A DNA stretch of 64,000 nucleotides from the human T2T-CHM13v2.0 reference genome, Homo sapiens. The notes under the pieces are model-generated. The model saw nothing but the letters and a program-made list of their open reading frames with translations, had not been told where the DNA came from and did not search any database. The translations under genes were made by a program, and so were the position numbers. Below, in pieces: positions 41,927-55,432 of the stretch. The stretch's first letter is position 1. Each line of letters begins with the position of its first letter. The stretch lies in the NCBI RefSeq assembly GCF_009914755.1, contig NC_060948.1. The stretch is one strand, 5' to 3'.

Positions 41927-44900
41927 AACTATGGAATAGCATCAAATGGAATGGAACAGAATAGAGTGGAATGGAATGGAATACACAGGTATAGAACAGA
42001 CTCGAATGTAATGGATTGCAATGTAAGTGATTCAAAGGGAATGGAATCAAATGGAATATAATCAAATGGAATGGAATGGAGTGCATTGGAATGGAATAAA
42101 ATGGAATGCAAACAATGGTACAGAACTCATTTGAATGTAGAGGAATGGAATCGAATGCAATGGAAAAGAATGGAATGGACACGAATGGAATGGATTGGAA
42201 ACAAATGGAATGGAAAGGATTTTAATCATACAGAACAAAATAGAATGCAATGGACTCGAATGAATTGGAGTCAAAGAGAATAGTATCAAATGGAAAGGAA
42301 TCAAATGCAATCGAATCGAATGGAATGTTAATGAAATTAATTGAAAGGAATAGAATGGAATGAAGTGTAATGGAAAGATATCGAACTGAATGGAATTGAA
42401 TGGAATGGACACAAACGGAATGGACTGGAATGGAATGAACTCGAAAGGAATGGAATGGAGCGGAACGGACTCGAGTGCAATGGAATCGAATGGTATAGAA
42501 TAGAATGGAATGGAATGGAAAGGAATAGAAGGGAATGGAATCGGATCCAACGGGACAGATTGGAATGGGGTAGAATTGAATAGAATCGAATGGAATGGCA
42601 TCGAATGTAATGGAATGGAATGGACTCGAATGGAATGGAGTGACGTGTAATGGAATCGAAAGGAATGGAATCGAATGAAATGGAATTGAATGGAATAGAA
42701 AGGAATAGAATGGAATGGAGTTTAATGGAAAGATATTAAAAGTAATGGAATGGAATTGAGTGGACACGAATGGAATGGACTGTAATGGAAAGGACTCGAA
42801 TGAAATGGAGCGCATTAGAATGGACTCGAATGGAATGGATTGGAGTGGAATGCTCTCGAATGGATTGGAAACGAATGGAATGGAAAGGAGCAGAATGGAA
42901 TGTAATCAAATGGAACGAAGTGGAATGGAATGGATTCGACTGGAACAGAATTGAATGGAGTGGAATTGATTGGAATGGAATGCAATCGAATGGAATGAAC
43001 ACGAATGGAATAGAATGAAATGAAATGGCATAGAATGGAATGGAATGGAATGGAATGGAATGGAATGGAATGGGATGGCATGGAATGTAGTAGAATGGAA
43101 TGAAATTGATTGGAATGGGATGGGCCCAAAAGTAAAGGACTCAAATAAAAGGGACTCAAATAGAATGAATTGGAATGAAACGGTGTGGAATGTAATTCAT
43201 TCGAATGGAATGATATTGAATGGAATGCAATAGTATGGAATGGTATCGAATAGAATGGAATAGAATGGAATGGAATGGAACGGAATGGAGTGCATTTGAA
43301 CGGACTCAAATGCAATAAATTGTAATATAATTGATTCAAATAGAATGGAATCGAATAGAATGTAAACAAACGGAATGGAAGGCAATGCAATGGAAAGGAA
43401 TCGAATGAAATGGAATAAATGGAATGGAATCGAAGGGAAAGGACGCGAATGTAATGGACTGTTAAGGAAAGGTCTCGAATCGAATTTATTCCAATAGAAT
43501 GGAATCGAATGGAATGCAATACTATTGAATCGAATGGAATAGAATGGAATGGAATGGAATGGACAGGAATGGAATGAAATGGAAGTGAATCGACAAGAAC
43601 GTAATATATTGCAATGTAATTTATTCAAATGGAATGGAATGCAATCGAATGGAATGGACTCGATTGGAATGGACTGGAGTGGAATGGACTCAAATGGAAT
43701 GGAAACGAATGTAATGGAATGGAACTGAAAGCCAAGGAATCTACTGGAATAGAATCGAACGGAACAGAAAGGAATGAAATCTAATGGAGTGGAATGGACT
43801 CGAATGGAATGTATTCAAATGTAATGGACCTGAAAGGAATGGAATCCAATGGAATGGAATTGAATGGAATCAAAAGGAATAGAATGGAATAGAGTGTAAT
43901 TGAATGATATCGAATGGAAGGGATTAGAATGAAATCGAATGGAATGCACTGGAATTGAATGGACTCAATCAGAACGGACTGGAGAGGCATGTACACAAAT
44001 GAAATGGAAACGAATGGAATGGAATGAAATGGAATGGAAATGGAACTGAAAGGAACGGAATGGAATGGCATGGAATGGAATGGAATGGAATGGATTGGAA
44101 TAGAATGGATTCAAATAAAATAGAATCGGTAGGAATGGTACTGAATGGAAGGGACTTGAATGGAATGGAAAGCAATGGAAGATAGTGGAATCGAATGGCA
44201 TCGAATGAAATGGAATGGAACGGAATGGAACGGACCCGAATGGAATGGAATGGACTCAAATGTAATGGACTCAAAAGGAATCGACTGAAATATAATAGAC
44301 TCGAAAAGAATGGCCTCGAGCGGAATTTATTTGAATAGAATGGAATCAAATGGAATACAATAGTATTGAATGGAATAGAATGGAATGGAATCGAATGGAA
44401 TGTAACCAAATGGAATGGAACGGAATTCAATATAATGGAATAGAATGGAATGCATTGGAAAGGAGCAGAGTGGAATCGAGTGGAATGGAATCGAGTGGAA
44501 TGGAATCAAAGGGAACGAAATCGAATTGAATGGACTTGAATGGAATTGAGTCGAAAGGAATTGACTCGAAAGGAATGGACTGGAAGAAAAAGGAATCAAA
44601 TGGACAGGAATGGAATGGAATGGAATGGACTCGAATGGAATGGAGTCAAATGCAAACGCATTGAATGGAATGGATTCAAATGGAATGCAATTGTTTGGAA
44701 TAGAAAGGAAGAGAATGGAATTGAGAGTAATGGAAAGATATGGATTGGAATGAAATGTAATGGAAAGGAATTGAATGGAAAGGAATGGACTCGGAAGAAA
44801 TGGATTGGAATGGAATGGTCTCCAATGGAATGGACTGGAGTGGAACGGAATCGAATGGAATGAAAAGAATGGAACGGAATGGAACGGAAAGGAATAGAAT

Positions 44901-47900
44901 GTTATGGAATCCGATTGGACAGAATGGAATGGAATGGAGTTTCATGAAATGGAGTCGAATAGAGTGGCATCAAAAGGAATGTAATGGAACGGAGTGGACT
45001 CCAAAGGAATGGACTCGAAAGGAATGGAGTCGAACCAAATTGAATCCAATGGATTGGAGTCGAACAGAATGGAATGGAATGGAATGAACTCGACTGGAGT
45101 AGAGAGGAATGTAAAGGAATAGAATGGAATGTAATCAAATGGATTGCAAGTGAATGGAATCAAAAATAATAGAAAGGAATGGAGTGTCAAGGGATGATAT
45201 TGAATATAATGGAATGGAATGGAATTCAATGGAATGGAGTCGAAGGAATGGACAGGAATGTAATGGACTCCAATGGAATGGAATGGATGAAAATGGATTT
45301 GAACAGATTGGAATCGAACAGAATGGAATGCAACGGAATGGAACGGACTCGAATGGAGAAGAGACAAAAGGAATGGAAACGAATTCAATGGAATTGAAAA
45401 GAATAGAATGGAATGGCGTGTAATGGTAAGATACTAAATGGAATGGAATTGAATGGAATGGAATGGAATGGAATGGACTCAACTGTAATGCACTCGAATG
45501 GAATATACTCAAATAGAATGGAATCGAAAGGAAAGGTATCAAATGGAATTTATTCAATACAATGGAATCGAATGGAATTCAATAGAATGGAATGAAATCG
45601 AATGTAATGGAATCAAATAGAATGGACCAGAATGGAATGGACTGCCATAGAACGGACTGCAGTGTAATGGATTGAATTCTAATTCATTCAAATGGAATGG
45701 AATGGAATGGAATGGAATGGAATGGAATGGAATGGAATGGAATCCAATGGAATGGATAGGATTGTACTGGATTGGAATAGAATGGAATGCGACGGAGTGC
45801 AATGGAGTTGAATGAAGTGGAATGGAATTGATTGGAATGGAATCAAATGGAATGGACGGAATGGAATGGACTGGAAGAGAACAGACTCGAATATAATCGA
45901 TTGCAATGTAATTGATTCAAATGGAATGGAATCGAATGGAATGTAATAAAATTGAAGGGATTGGAGTTCAATGCAATGGAAAAGAATGGAATGCAAAGGA
46001 ATGGAAAGGAACGGAGTGAAATCGAGTGTAATGGAATCGAATAGAATGAAATCGAATGGAAAGGACTCAAAAGAAATGGACGAGGGACAAAACGGAATCG
46101 AACTGATTGGAATGGAAAGGAACGGAATGGAATGGAATGGTCTCCATTGGATGGGAGTGGAACGGATTGGAATGGAATGGAATGAAATGGAAGGGAAAGG
46201 TATAGAATGGAATGGAATGGAATGGAATGGAATGGAATGGAATGGAATGGAATGGAAGGTAGTGGAAAGATATCGAACGGATTGGAAAGGAATGCAATGG
46301 ACCCTAATGGAATGGAATGGAATTCAACAGAAACGAATGGAATGGACTGGAGTGAAATGGAGTCGAATGTAATTGACTGGAGTGGAATGGACTCGAAAGG
46401 AATGGACTCGAATAGAATGGACTGGAATGGATTGTACTCGAATGGAGTGGAAAGGAATAAAATGGATTCCACCAGATTGGAATGGAACAGACTGAAATGG
46501 AATGGAATGGAATGCAATGGAACGGCTCGACTGGAATGCAGTCGAATGCAATGGAATAGAAAGGAAAGGAATTGAATGGAATTGAAAGTAATAGAATTAA
46601 ATGGAGTGCAAAGGAAAGATATCGAATGGAATGGATCGAAAAGAAATCGAATGGAATGGACAGGAATGGAATGGAATAGAATGAAATAGACTGGCGTGCA
46701 ATGAAAACGAATGGAATGGAATGGAAAGGAATGGAGTACAATAAATACTATGGAATGGAATGGAATGGGATGGAATGCAATGGAATGGAATGGAATGGAG
46801 GTGAAAGGAAAAGAATGGATTGGAATGTCACCGAATGGAAAGATATGGAATGGAAAGGAGTGGATACGAATGGAATGGAATAGAAAGGAACGGAAAGGTA
46901 AAGAATGGAATGGAATCGGATAGAATGGAATGCAATGTAATTGAGTCGAATGGAAAATAATCGAGTAGAATGATATCGAATGGAATGGAATGGAATGGAC
47001 TCGAATGGAATGGACTCAAATGGATTAGAATAGAATGGAATGGAACTAAACGTAATGAACTCGAATGGAATAGACACAAATAGAATGGAAGAGAAACGAA
47101 TGGTATTGAATGGAATTTATTCGAATAGAATGGAATTCAATGGAATGCAACAGTGTGGCATGGAATCAAATGGAATGGAATCGAATGGAATGGACCCGAG
47201 TGGAATGGACTCACATAGAACAGCCTGGAATGTAATGGATGACAATGTATTAGATTCGAAAGGACTGAAATCGAATGGAATGTAATCAAATAGAACGGAA
47301 TTGAATGCATGGAATGGCATAGAAAGTAATGCAATGGAATGGAATAGACTGGAATGGAATGGAATCGGATGGAATGTAATGAAATGTAATGGAAGGAATG
47401 CCATGGAATGGAATGGAATGGAATGCAATGGGCCGGTGTATAATGGAGTGCAATGGAATTCAGTGGAATGTAGTCAATAAGAATGAAATAGAATGGAATT
47501 CAATATAAGGGAATGGCATCCAATGGCAAGGAATGGAGTGGACTCCAATGGAATCAACATGAAAGGAATATAATATAATGGAATGGTATTTAACGAAATG
47601 GAATGCAATGGAGTTAAAAGGTAAAATATCGAATGGAAAAGAATTGAATGGACTCGAATGGAATATAATGGAAAGGAATGGACTCGAATGGAATGTACTA
47701 GAGTTGAATGCAATGGAATGGAATGGAAAACAATGGAAAGGAAAGGAAGGGAATTGAAAGGAAAGGAATAGAATGGAATGGAATCGGATAGAACGGAATT
47801 GAATGGAATGGAAACTAAAGGAATAGAATAGAAAGGAATGGCATTGAATAGAATGGAATGGAATGGAATCAGATGGAACAGAAAGGAATGGAATAGAATC

Positions 47901-49300
47901 GAATGGTATGGCATCGAATGGATTGGAATGGAATGGAATGGAATGGAAAGGAATGGAATGGACTCGAATGGAATATACTCAAATGGAATAAAATAGAATG
48001 GAATGGAAGTAAATATAATGGACTCGAATGGAATGGATTGGAATAAATTGGAATTGAATGTATTGGATTCGAATGGAAAGGAATGGAATGGAATGGAATG
48101 GATTCGAATGGAATGGAATCGAATGGAATGGAACGAATTGGAATGTAATTGAATGGCGTCGAAAACAGTAGAAAGAAATGAAGTTTAATCGAATGATATC
48201 GAATGGAATTGAATGGAATGTACGCGAATGGAATGGACTGGAATGGAATGGACTCTATGGGAATGAAGAGGAGTGGAATGGACTCGAATGTCATGGAGAC
48301 GATTGGAATGGAAAGGAATGCAAAGGAATGGAATGGAATGGAATCTGATGCATCACAATGGAATGGAATGGGGTCGAATGGAATAGAATCGAAAGGAATG
48401 GCATCCAATGGAATGGAAACGAATTGAATGGAATGGCATGGAATGGAATGGAAAGGAATATAATGGAAAGGAATCGGATGGAACGGAATGGAATGTAATG
48501 GAGTCGAATGGAATAGAATCTAATAGGATTGCATTGATAGTAATGGAATCGAACGGACTCGAAAGGATTGGAGCCTAACAGAAGAGAATCGAACAAAATA
48601 GCATCAAATGGAATGGAAATGAATGGAATGGAAAGGAATGGAATGGAATGGAATGGAATGGAATGGAATGGAATGGAATGGAATGGAATGGACACACATG
48701 TAATGGACTGGAATGGAATGGAATCAAATAGAATGGACGCGAATGGAATGGTCTCGAATGGAATTTATGAAAATAGAATGGAATCGAAAGTCATTGAACA
48801 TTATGGAATGGAATCAAATGGAATGAAATCGAATGGAAGGAACCGGAATGGAATGTACTGGAATAGAACGGACTCGAATGTTACGGAAAGAAAAGTAAGT
48901 GATTCGGATGTCTTTTAATTGAATGGAATGAAATCAAATGGAATGGAAAGGAATAAAATGGAATGGAATGAAATAGAATGCAATAGAATGGAAGGGAGTG
49001 GAGTCGAGTTGAATGGAATCGAATTGAATGGAATAGAATGGAACAGAATCAAATGGAATGGATTCGAATGCAATGGAACCGAATGGAATGGACTGGAACA
49101 TAATGGAATCGAACGTATTGGAATCGAAAGGAATGGAAAGGAATTGAATGCAATGGAAAGCAATGGAATCGAATGTAATGGAGTCGTACGTAGTGGAGTC
49201 GAATGGAATGGAATCAAATGGAAGGAAAAGAATACAATCGAATGGAATAGAATAGAATGCAATAGAATGAAACGGAGTGGAATCGAGTGGAATGGAATAG
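41927..49300 (+). repeat. Terminal long HOR unit L5 (~7.4 kb, last ~0.3 kb not conserved), divergent edge copy
   Basis: Same marker order as L1-L4 up to ~49260-49320; identity then drops and the next anchor never appears. Confidence 0.88.
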
Positions 49301-52300
49301 AATTGAATGGAATGGAAAGCAATGGAATCGAATAGAATGGAGTTGAATGGAATGGAAACGAATGCAATGGAAAGGAACAAAATGGAATCGAACAGATTGG
49401 AATCGAATGGTTCCAAATCAAATGGAATGGAATATAATGGAATGGAATGGAATGGAATGGACTCCAATGGAATGGATTCGAATGGAATGGAGTCGAAAGG
49501 AATGGAAAAGAATATAATGGAATCAAATGGAATGGAATTGAATAGAAAAGGAAAAGAATGGAAGGAAGTGTAATGGAAGATAACGAATGAAATGGAATAG
49601 AATGTAATGGACTGGAATGGAATGGACTGGAACGAAATGGACTGGAATGGAATGGACTCGAAAGGAATGGACTGTAGGGGAATGGACTCGAATGGAATGG
49701 AAACAAATGGAATGGAAATGATTGGAATTGAAAGGAATAGAATGGCAAGGAATAGAATGGAATGGAATCACATTGAATGGATTGGAATTGCTTGCAGTCG
49801 AAAGGAATAGAAAAGAATGGAATGGTATCAAATGGAACGGAATGGAAGGCAATGGAATTTAATTGAATGGAATGGACTTGAATCGAATACAATCGAATGC
49901 AATGGCATTGAATGGAATGTAAAGGACCCAAATGTAATGGACCCAAATGGAATGGACTCAAATAGAGTAGACCCGAAAGAAATAGAATCGACTGGAATTC
50001 ATTTGAATAGAATGGAATCGAATGGAATGCAATGTTATGGAATGGAATTGAATGGAATGGAATCGAATGGAATGGAATCGAATGGAATGCATAGGAATAA
50101 AACGGACTCGAATATAATGGATTGAAATGTAAATTGTTTGAATGGAATGGAATCGAATGGAATGGAACTGAATGGAATGGATCAGAATGGAACGGAATGG
50201 AATAGAATGGAGTCAAATGTACTGGATTGCAATGTAATTGATTCAAATGGAATGCATTCGAATGGAATGTAATCCAATGGAATGGAATGGAGTGGAATGC
50301 AATGGAATGGAAGATAATAGAATGAAAGAAATTGAATGGATTGGAAACGAGTGTAATGGAATTGAATTGAATAAAATTGAATCAAATGGAATGGAAAGGA
50401 ATGGAATGGAATGGAATGGACTTGAATGGGCACGAATGTAATGGACTGGAAAAAAATGTAATGGCACCCATTGGAATCTAACAGAACGGAATGAAATGGA
50501 TTGGAAAGGCATGGACTCATAAGGAATGTAGTCGGAAGGAATCGAATCGAATGGAATGGAATCAAATGGAATGGAATTGAATAGAACCGAAAGGAATAGA
50601 ATGGAATGGAGTGAAATGGAAAGATATAAAATCAAATGGAATAAACACGAATGGAATGAACTAGAATGTAATGTACTCGAAATGAATGCACTGTAGAGGA
50701 ATAGATTCGAATTGAATGTAAATGAATGGACTGGAAAGGATTTTAATGGAATGGAATGCAAAGGAATAGAATGGAATGGAATCAAAAGGAATGGAACTGA
50801 ATGGAATTGAAAGGAATAGAATGGAATTGAGTTTAATGTAAAGATATCGAATGGAATGGGATGGACTCGAAATGAATGGACTAGAATGGAATGGAGTCGA
50901 ATGGAATGGATTGTAAAGGAATGGATTCGAATGGAATGGAAATGAATGCACTGGAATGGAATTTAAAAGAATGGAATGGAATCAGATGGAATGGAATGGA
51001 GTCAACTTGATTGTAATCGAATGGAATGGCATCGAATGGAAAGGAATGGAATGGAAAGGGATGTAGTCAAATGGAATGGATTCGAATGGAATAGAATAGA
51101 ATGGAATGGCATCGAATGTAATAGAAAGGAACGGAATTGAATGGAATGGAATGTATCAAATGTAGTGCACTTGAATGGAATGGACTCAAATACAATCCAC
51201 TTGAAAGGAATGGTCTGGAATGCAATTTATTCAAATAGAATTGAATCGAAAGGAGTGCAATGGTATAGAATGGAATCTAATGGAATGGAATCAAATGCAA
51301 TGAACTACAATGGAGTGGACTGGCATAGAACGGACTACATTGTAGTGGATTGGAATGTATCTCTCTAGAATGGAAAGGAAACGAAAGGAAGGTAAAGAAA
51401 TGGAATGGAATGGAAGGCAATTGAATGGTATGGACACGAATGGAATGGAATCGAATGGAAGGTAAAGAAATGGAATGGAATGGAAGGCAATGGAAATGTA
51501 TCGACTCGAAAGGAATGGAATGGAGTGGTATTGGCTCGAATGTAATAGAAACGAATGGAATGGAATCGAATGGAATACAATGGAATGGAACCATTTGGAA
51601 CGTAATGGAATGGAATGGAGTAGAATGGAATAGAATCAAACGCAATGTCATCGAATTCAGTGGAATGGAATGGACTCGAATGGAAAATACTCGAATGGAA
51701 TAGAATCAAGTGGAATTAGATCGAATGGAAGGAAATGGAATAGAATGTAATAGAATTGATTGGACCCAAATGAAATTGTCTCAAATGGAATGGACGCAAA
51801 TAGAATGGAATCAAAAGGAATGGACAGAAATGGAATTAATACAAAAACAATGGAATCGAATGGAAAGCAAGAGTTCTAAATGGAATAGAAAGGAATGGAA
51901 TCGATTGGAATGGAATGGAATAGAATGAACTTGAATAAAATGGATAGCAATGTAATTGATTCAAATGAAATGGAAATGAATTCAATGTAATCAAATGCAA
52001 TGGAATGGAACGCATTGGAATGGAATATAATGGAATGCAATGGAATGGAATAGAATGGAATGTAATGGAATGGAAAGGAATGGAATTTAGTGGAATGGAA
52101 TAGAATGGAAAGGACTGGAATGGAATGGACTCAAATGTAATGCACTGGAACAAAATCGAATGGATTGGAGTGCAATTGAAAGGAACGGAAGGGAATGGAA
52201 AGAACTCGAGGCGAATGGAGTTGAATTGAATGAAATCGATTGGAATGGAAAAAAATGGAATGGAATTGATTTGAAACGAAAGTAGTAAAACAGAATAGAG

Positions 52301-52959
52301 TGTACTGGAAAGATATCGAATGGAATGGAATGCAAAGGAATGGAATGGACTGAAATGAAAAGGATTCAAATGGAATGGACTGGAGTGAAATGGAATCGAT
52401 TGAATGAAAAGAGTGGAGGGGACTGCCATGGAAAGGAATAGAATGAAATGGACAAATATGGAAAGGAGTGGAATGGAATGGAATGAAATGGAATGGAATC
52501 CAATGGCATAGAATCAAATTGAATGGCATAGAGTGTAATGGTATGGAAGGAACGGAATTGACTCAAATGGAATGGACACGATTTTAATAAAATCGAATGG
52601 AATGACATCGAATACAATGGAATGCATTGCAATGGAATGGAATGCAATGGAATTAAATGGAATGGAATGGAATGCATTGCAATGGAATGGAATGGAATGG
52701 AATCTAATTGAATAAAATGGACCCAAAAGAAATGTACTAGAATGGAATGGATTCAAATACAATGGACATAAAACAAAAGGTTTTGAATGAAATTTATTTC
52801 AATAGAATGGAATCAAATGGAATGCAGTTGTATGGAATTGGATTGAACGGAATGGAATCAAATGGAATGGAAGAGAAAGGAATGGACTGGAATAGAAAAG
52901 ACTCGAATGTAATGGATCGCAATGTAATTGATTTGAAAGTAATGGAGTAAAATGGAATG

Positions 52960-55432
52960 TAATGAAACGGAATGGAATGGAATGCAATGGAATGGAGTAG
53001 AATGGAATGCAATGGAATAAAACGGAGAGGAATCGAGTGGAATGGAGTCAATTGGAATTCACTGGAACAATCGAATGGATTGGAATCAAACGGAAAGGAA
53101 TGGAATGGAATGCAATGGAATGGAATCTAAAGGAATGGATTCGAATGGAATGGAATCGAATGGAATGGAATTGAATGGAATGGAATTTTATGGAATCAAA
53201 AAGAATAGACTGGAATGGAGTGTAATGGAGAATTATCAAATGGAATGTAATGGAAAGGATTGGATTCAAATGGAATGGACAGGAATGGAATGGACTCGAA
53301 TGAAATGGACTAGAGTGGAATGGAAACGAATGGAAGGGAAACGAATGAAATGCAATGGAATGGAATGCACTGGAATGTAAACGAAAGGAATAGAATGGAA
53401 TGGAATCAGATGCAACTGATTGGAAGGGAATGGAGTCAATTGGAATAGAATGAAATCCAACGGTAACGCATGGTGTGGAATGGAAAGGACTCGAATGGAA
53501 TGGACGCGAATGGAATGGCATCAAATGGAATGGAATGGAGTGAACTGGAATGAACTGGACCCAAATGTAATGGACTAGAGTGGAATGGACTCAAATAGAA
53601 TGGACTCAAAACCAACTATCTCGAATGGAATTTATTCGAATAGAATGGAATCAAATGTAATGCAATACTATGGAATGGAATTGAAAGGAATGGAATCGAA
53701 TGGAATGGACTGGAAAGGAATGGACTGGAATAGAATGGACTCAAATATAATGGATTGCAATGTAATTGATTCAAATGAAACGGAATCGAATGGAATGTAA
53801 TCAAATTGAATGGAAAGCAATGCAATGTAATGGAATAGAATGGAATGCAACTGAGTGGAACGGAACGGAGTGGAATCGAGTGGAATCGAACCGAGTGGAA
53901 TGTAATCAAATGGAATAGAATTGATTGGAGTGGACACCAAAGAAATGGACGTGGGAAAAAACGCAATCAAACAGATTGGAATAGAAAGAAACGGAATGGA
54001 ATGGAATGGAATGGAATGGAATGGAATGGAATGGAATGGAGTGGAATGGAATGGAATGGAATGGAAAGGACTCGAATTGTGTGGAGTATAATGGATTGGT
54101 ATGGAATGGAATGAAATTGATGGTAAAGGAAAAATCTTGAATGGAATGGAATGTAAGAGCATGGAATCAAATGGAATGAACTGGAATGGAACACACTGGA
54201 ATGGAATGCACTGTAATCGAATGGACTCGAATGAAATGGATATGAATGGAATGGAATGGAATGGAATCTAGTGGATTTGAATGGAATCGAATGGAAAGGA
54301 TACGAATGGAAAGGAATAGATTGGAAGGAATAGGATGGAAAGGAATAGAATGGAATGGAGACGAATGGAATAGAATCGAATGGTATGGCATCAAGTGGAA
54401 CGGAATGGAATGGAACGGACTCAAATGTAATGGACTCGAAAGGAATAGAAATGAACGGAATGGCATTGAATGGAATGGAATGGAATGGACCCAAATGTAA
54501 TGGACTCGAAGGAATGAATTCAAATAGAATGTACTCGCAAAGAGTGGTCTCGATGGGAATTAATTTGAATAGAATCGAATCGAATGGAATGCAATAGAAT
54601 GCGATGGAATCAAATGGAATGGAACAGAAAGTAATGGACTGAACTAGAATGGTCTGAAATGTAATGGATTACAATATATTTGATTTGAATGGAATGGAAT
54701 CGAATGTAATGTAGTCAAAAGAAATTGAATTTTACACAATGGAATGGAACAGAATGGAATGCAATGGAATGGAAGGGAGTGCAATGGAATGGAATGGAAT
54801 GGCATGGAATGGAATGGAATGGAATGGAGTGGTATCTGATGGAATGGAATGGAATGGAGTGGAATGGACTCGAATGGAATTGATTCAAAACGAATGGAAT
54901 GGATTCAAACCAATAGAATCAAACGGAATGGAATCAAATGGAATGGAATTGAATGGAAATGAAACGAATAGAATGTAATGGAGTGTAATGCAAAGATATT
55001 GAATGGAATGAAATGGACTCGAATGGAATGGAATTTAATGAAATGGACTAGAATGTAATGGACTTCAGTGGAACGGACTCGAATTGAATAGAAACAAATG
55101 GAATGCAATGGAGTGAAAGCAAATGAAATGGAAAGGAATAGAATGGAATGCAATCACACGGAAGGGAATGGAGGTTAAAGGAGTCGAATGGAATAGAATC
55201 AAATGTAATGGGATCGATTTGAATAGAATATAATTGACTCGAATGGAATGGCATAGAATGGAATGGACTAGAGTGAAATTGACTCGAATCGAATGGACTG
55301 GATTGGAATGGACTCGAATGGAATGGAATGGATTGGACTCGAATGTAATGGACTGGATTGGAATTTACTCAAATGGAATGGACTGGAGTTGAATGGAATT
55401 GAATGGAATCCCAAAGAATGGAATGCAGTGGA
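52960..55432 (+). repeat. First copy of a near-perfect duplicated segment (8,568-bp offset)
   Basis: Distinctive strings (GGAGAATTATC, GTAACGCATGGTG, CCAACTATCTCG, GGACGTGGGAAAAAACGC, TACTCGCAAAGAG, ATCACACGGAAGG) recur 8,568 bp downstream; ORF-track pairs e.g. 53048/61616, 53668/62236, 55048/63616. Confidence 0.93.

Larger units (their letters stand above)
1..49300 (+). repeat. Homogeneous higher-order (nested tandem) repeat domain of ~7.6-kb and ~3.8-kb units
   Basis: The anchor AACTATGGAATAGCATCAAATGG recurs at 1, 3857, 7668, 15254, 22884, 30489, 34330 and 41927 (spacings 3856, 3811, 7586, 7630, 7605, 3841, 7597). The near-identical ORF-track entries at 3, 3859, 7670, 15256, 22886, 30491, 34332 and 41929 give the same offsets. 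Confidence 0.95.
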
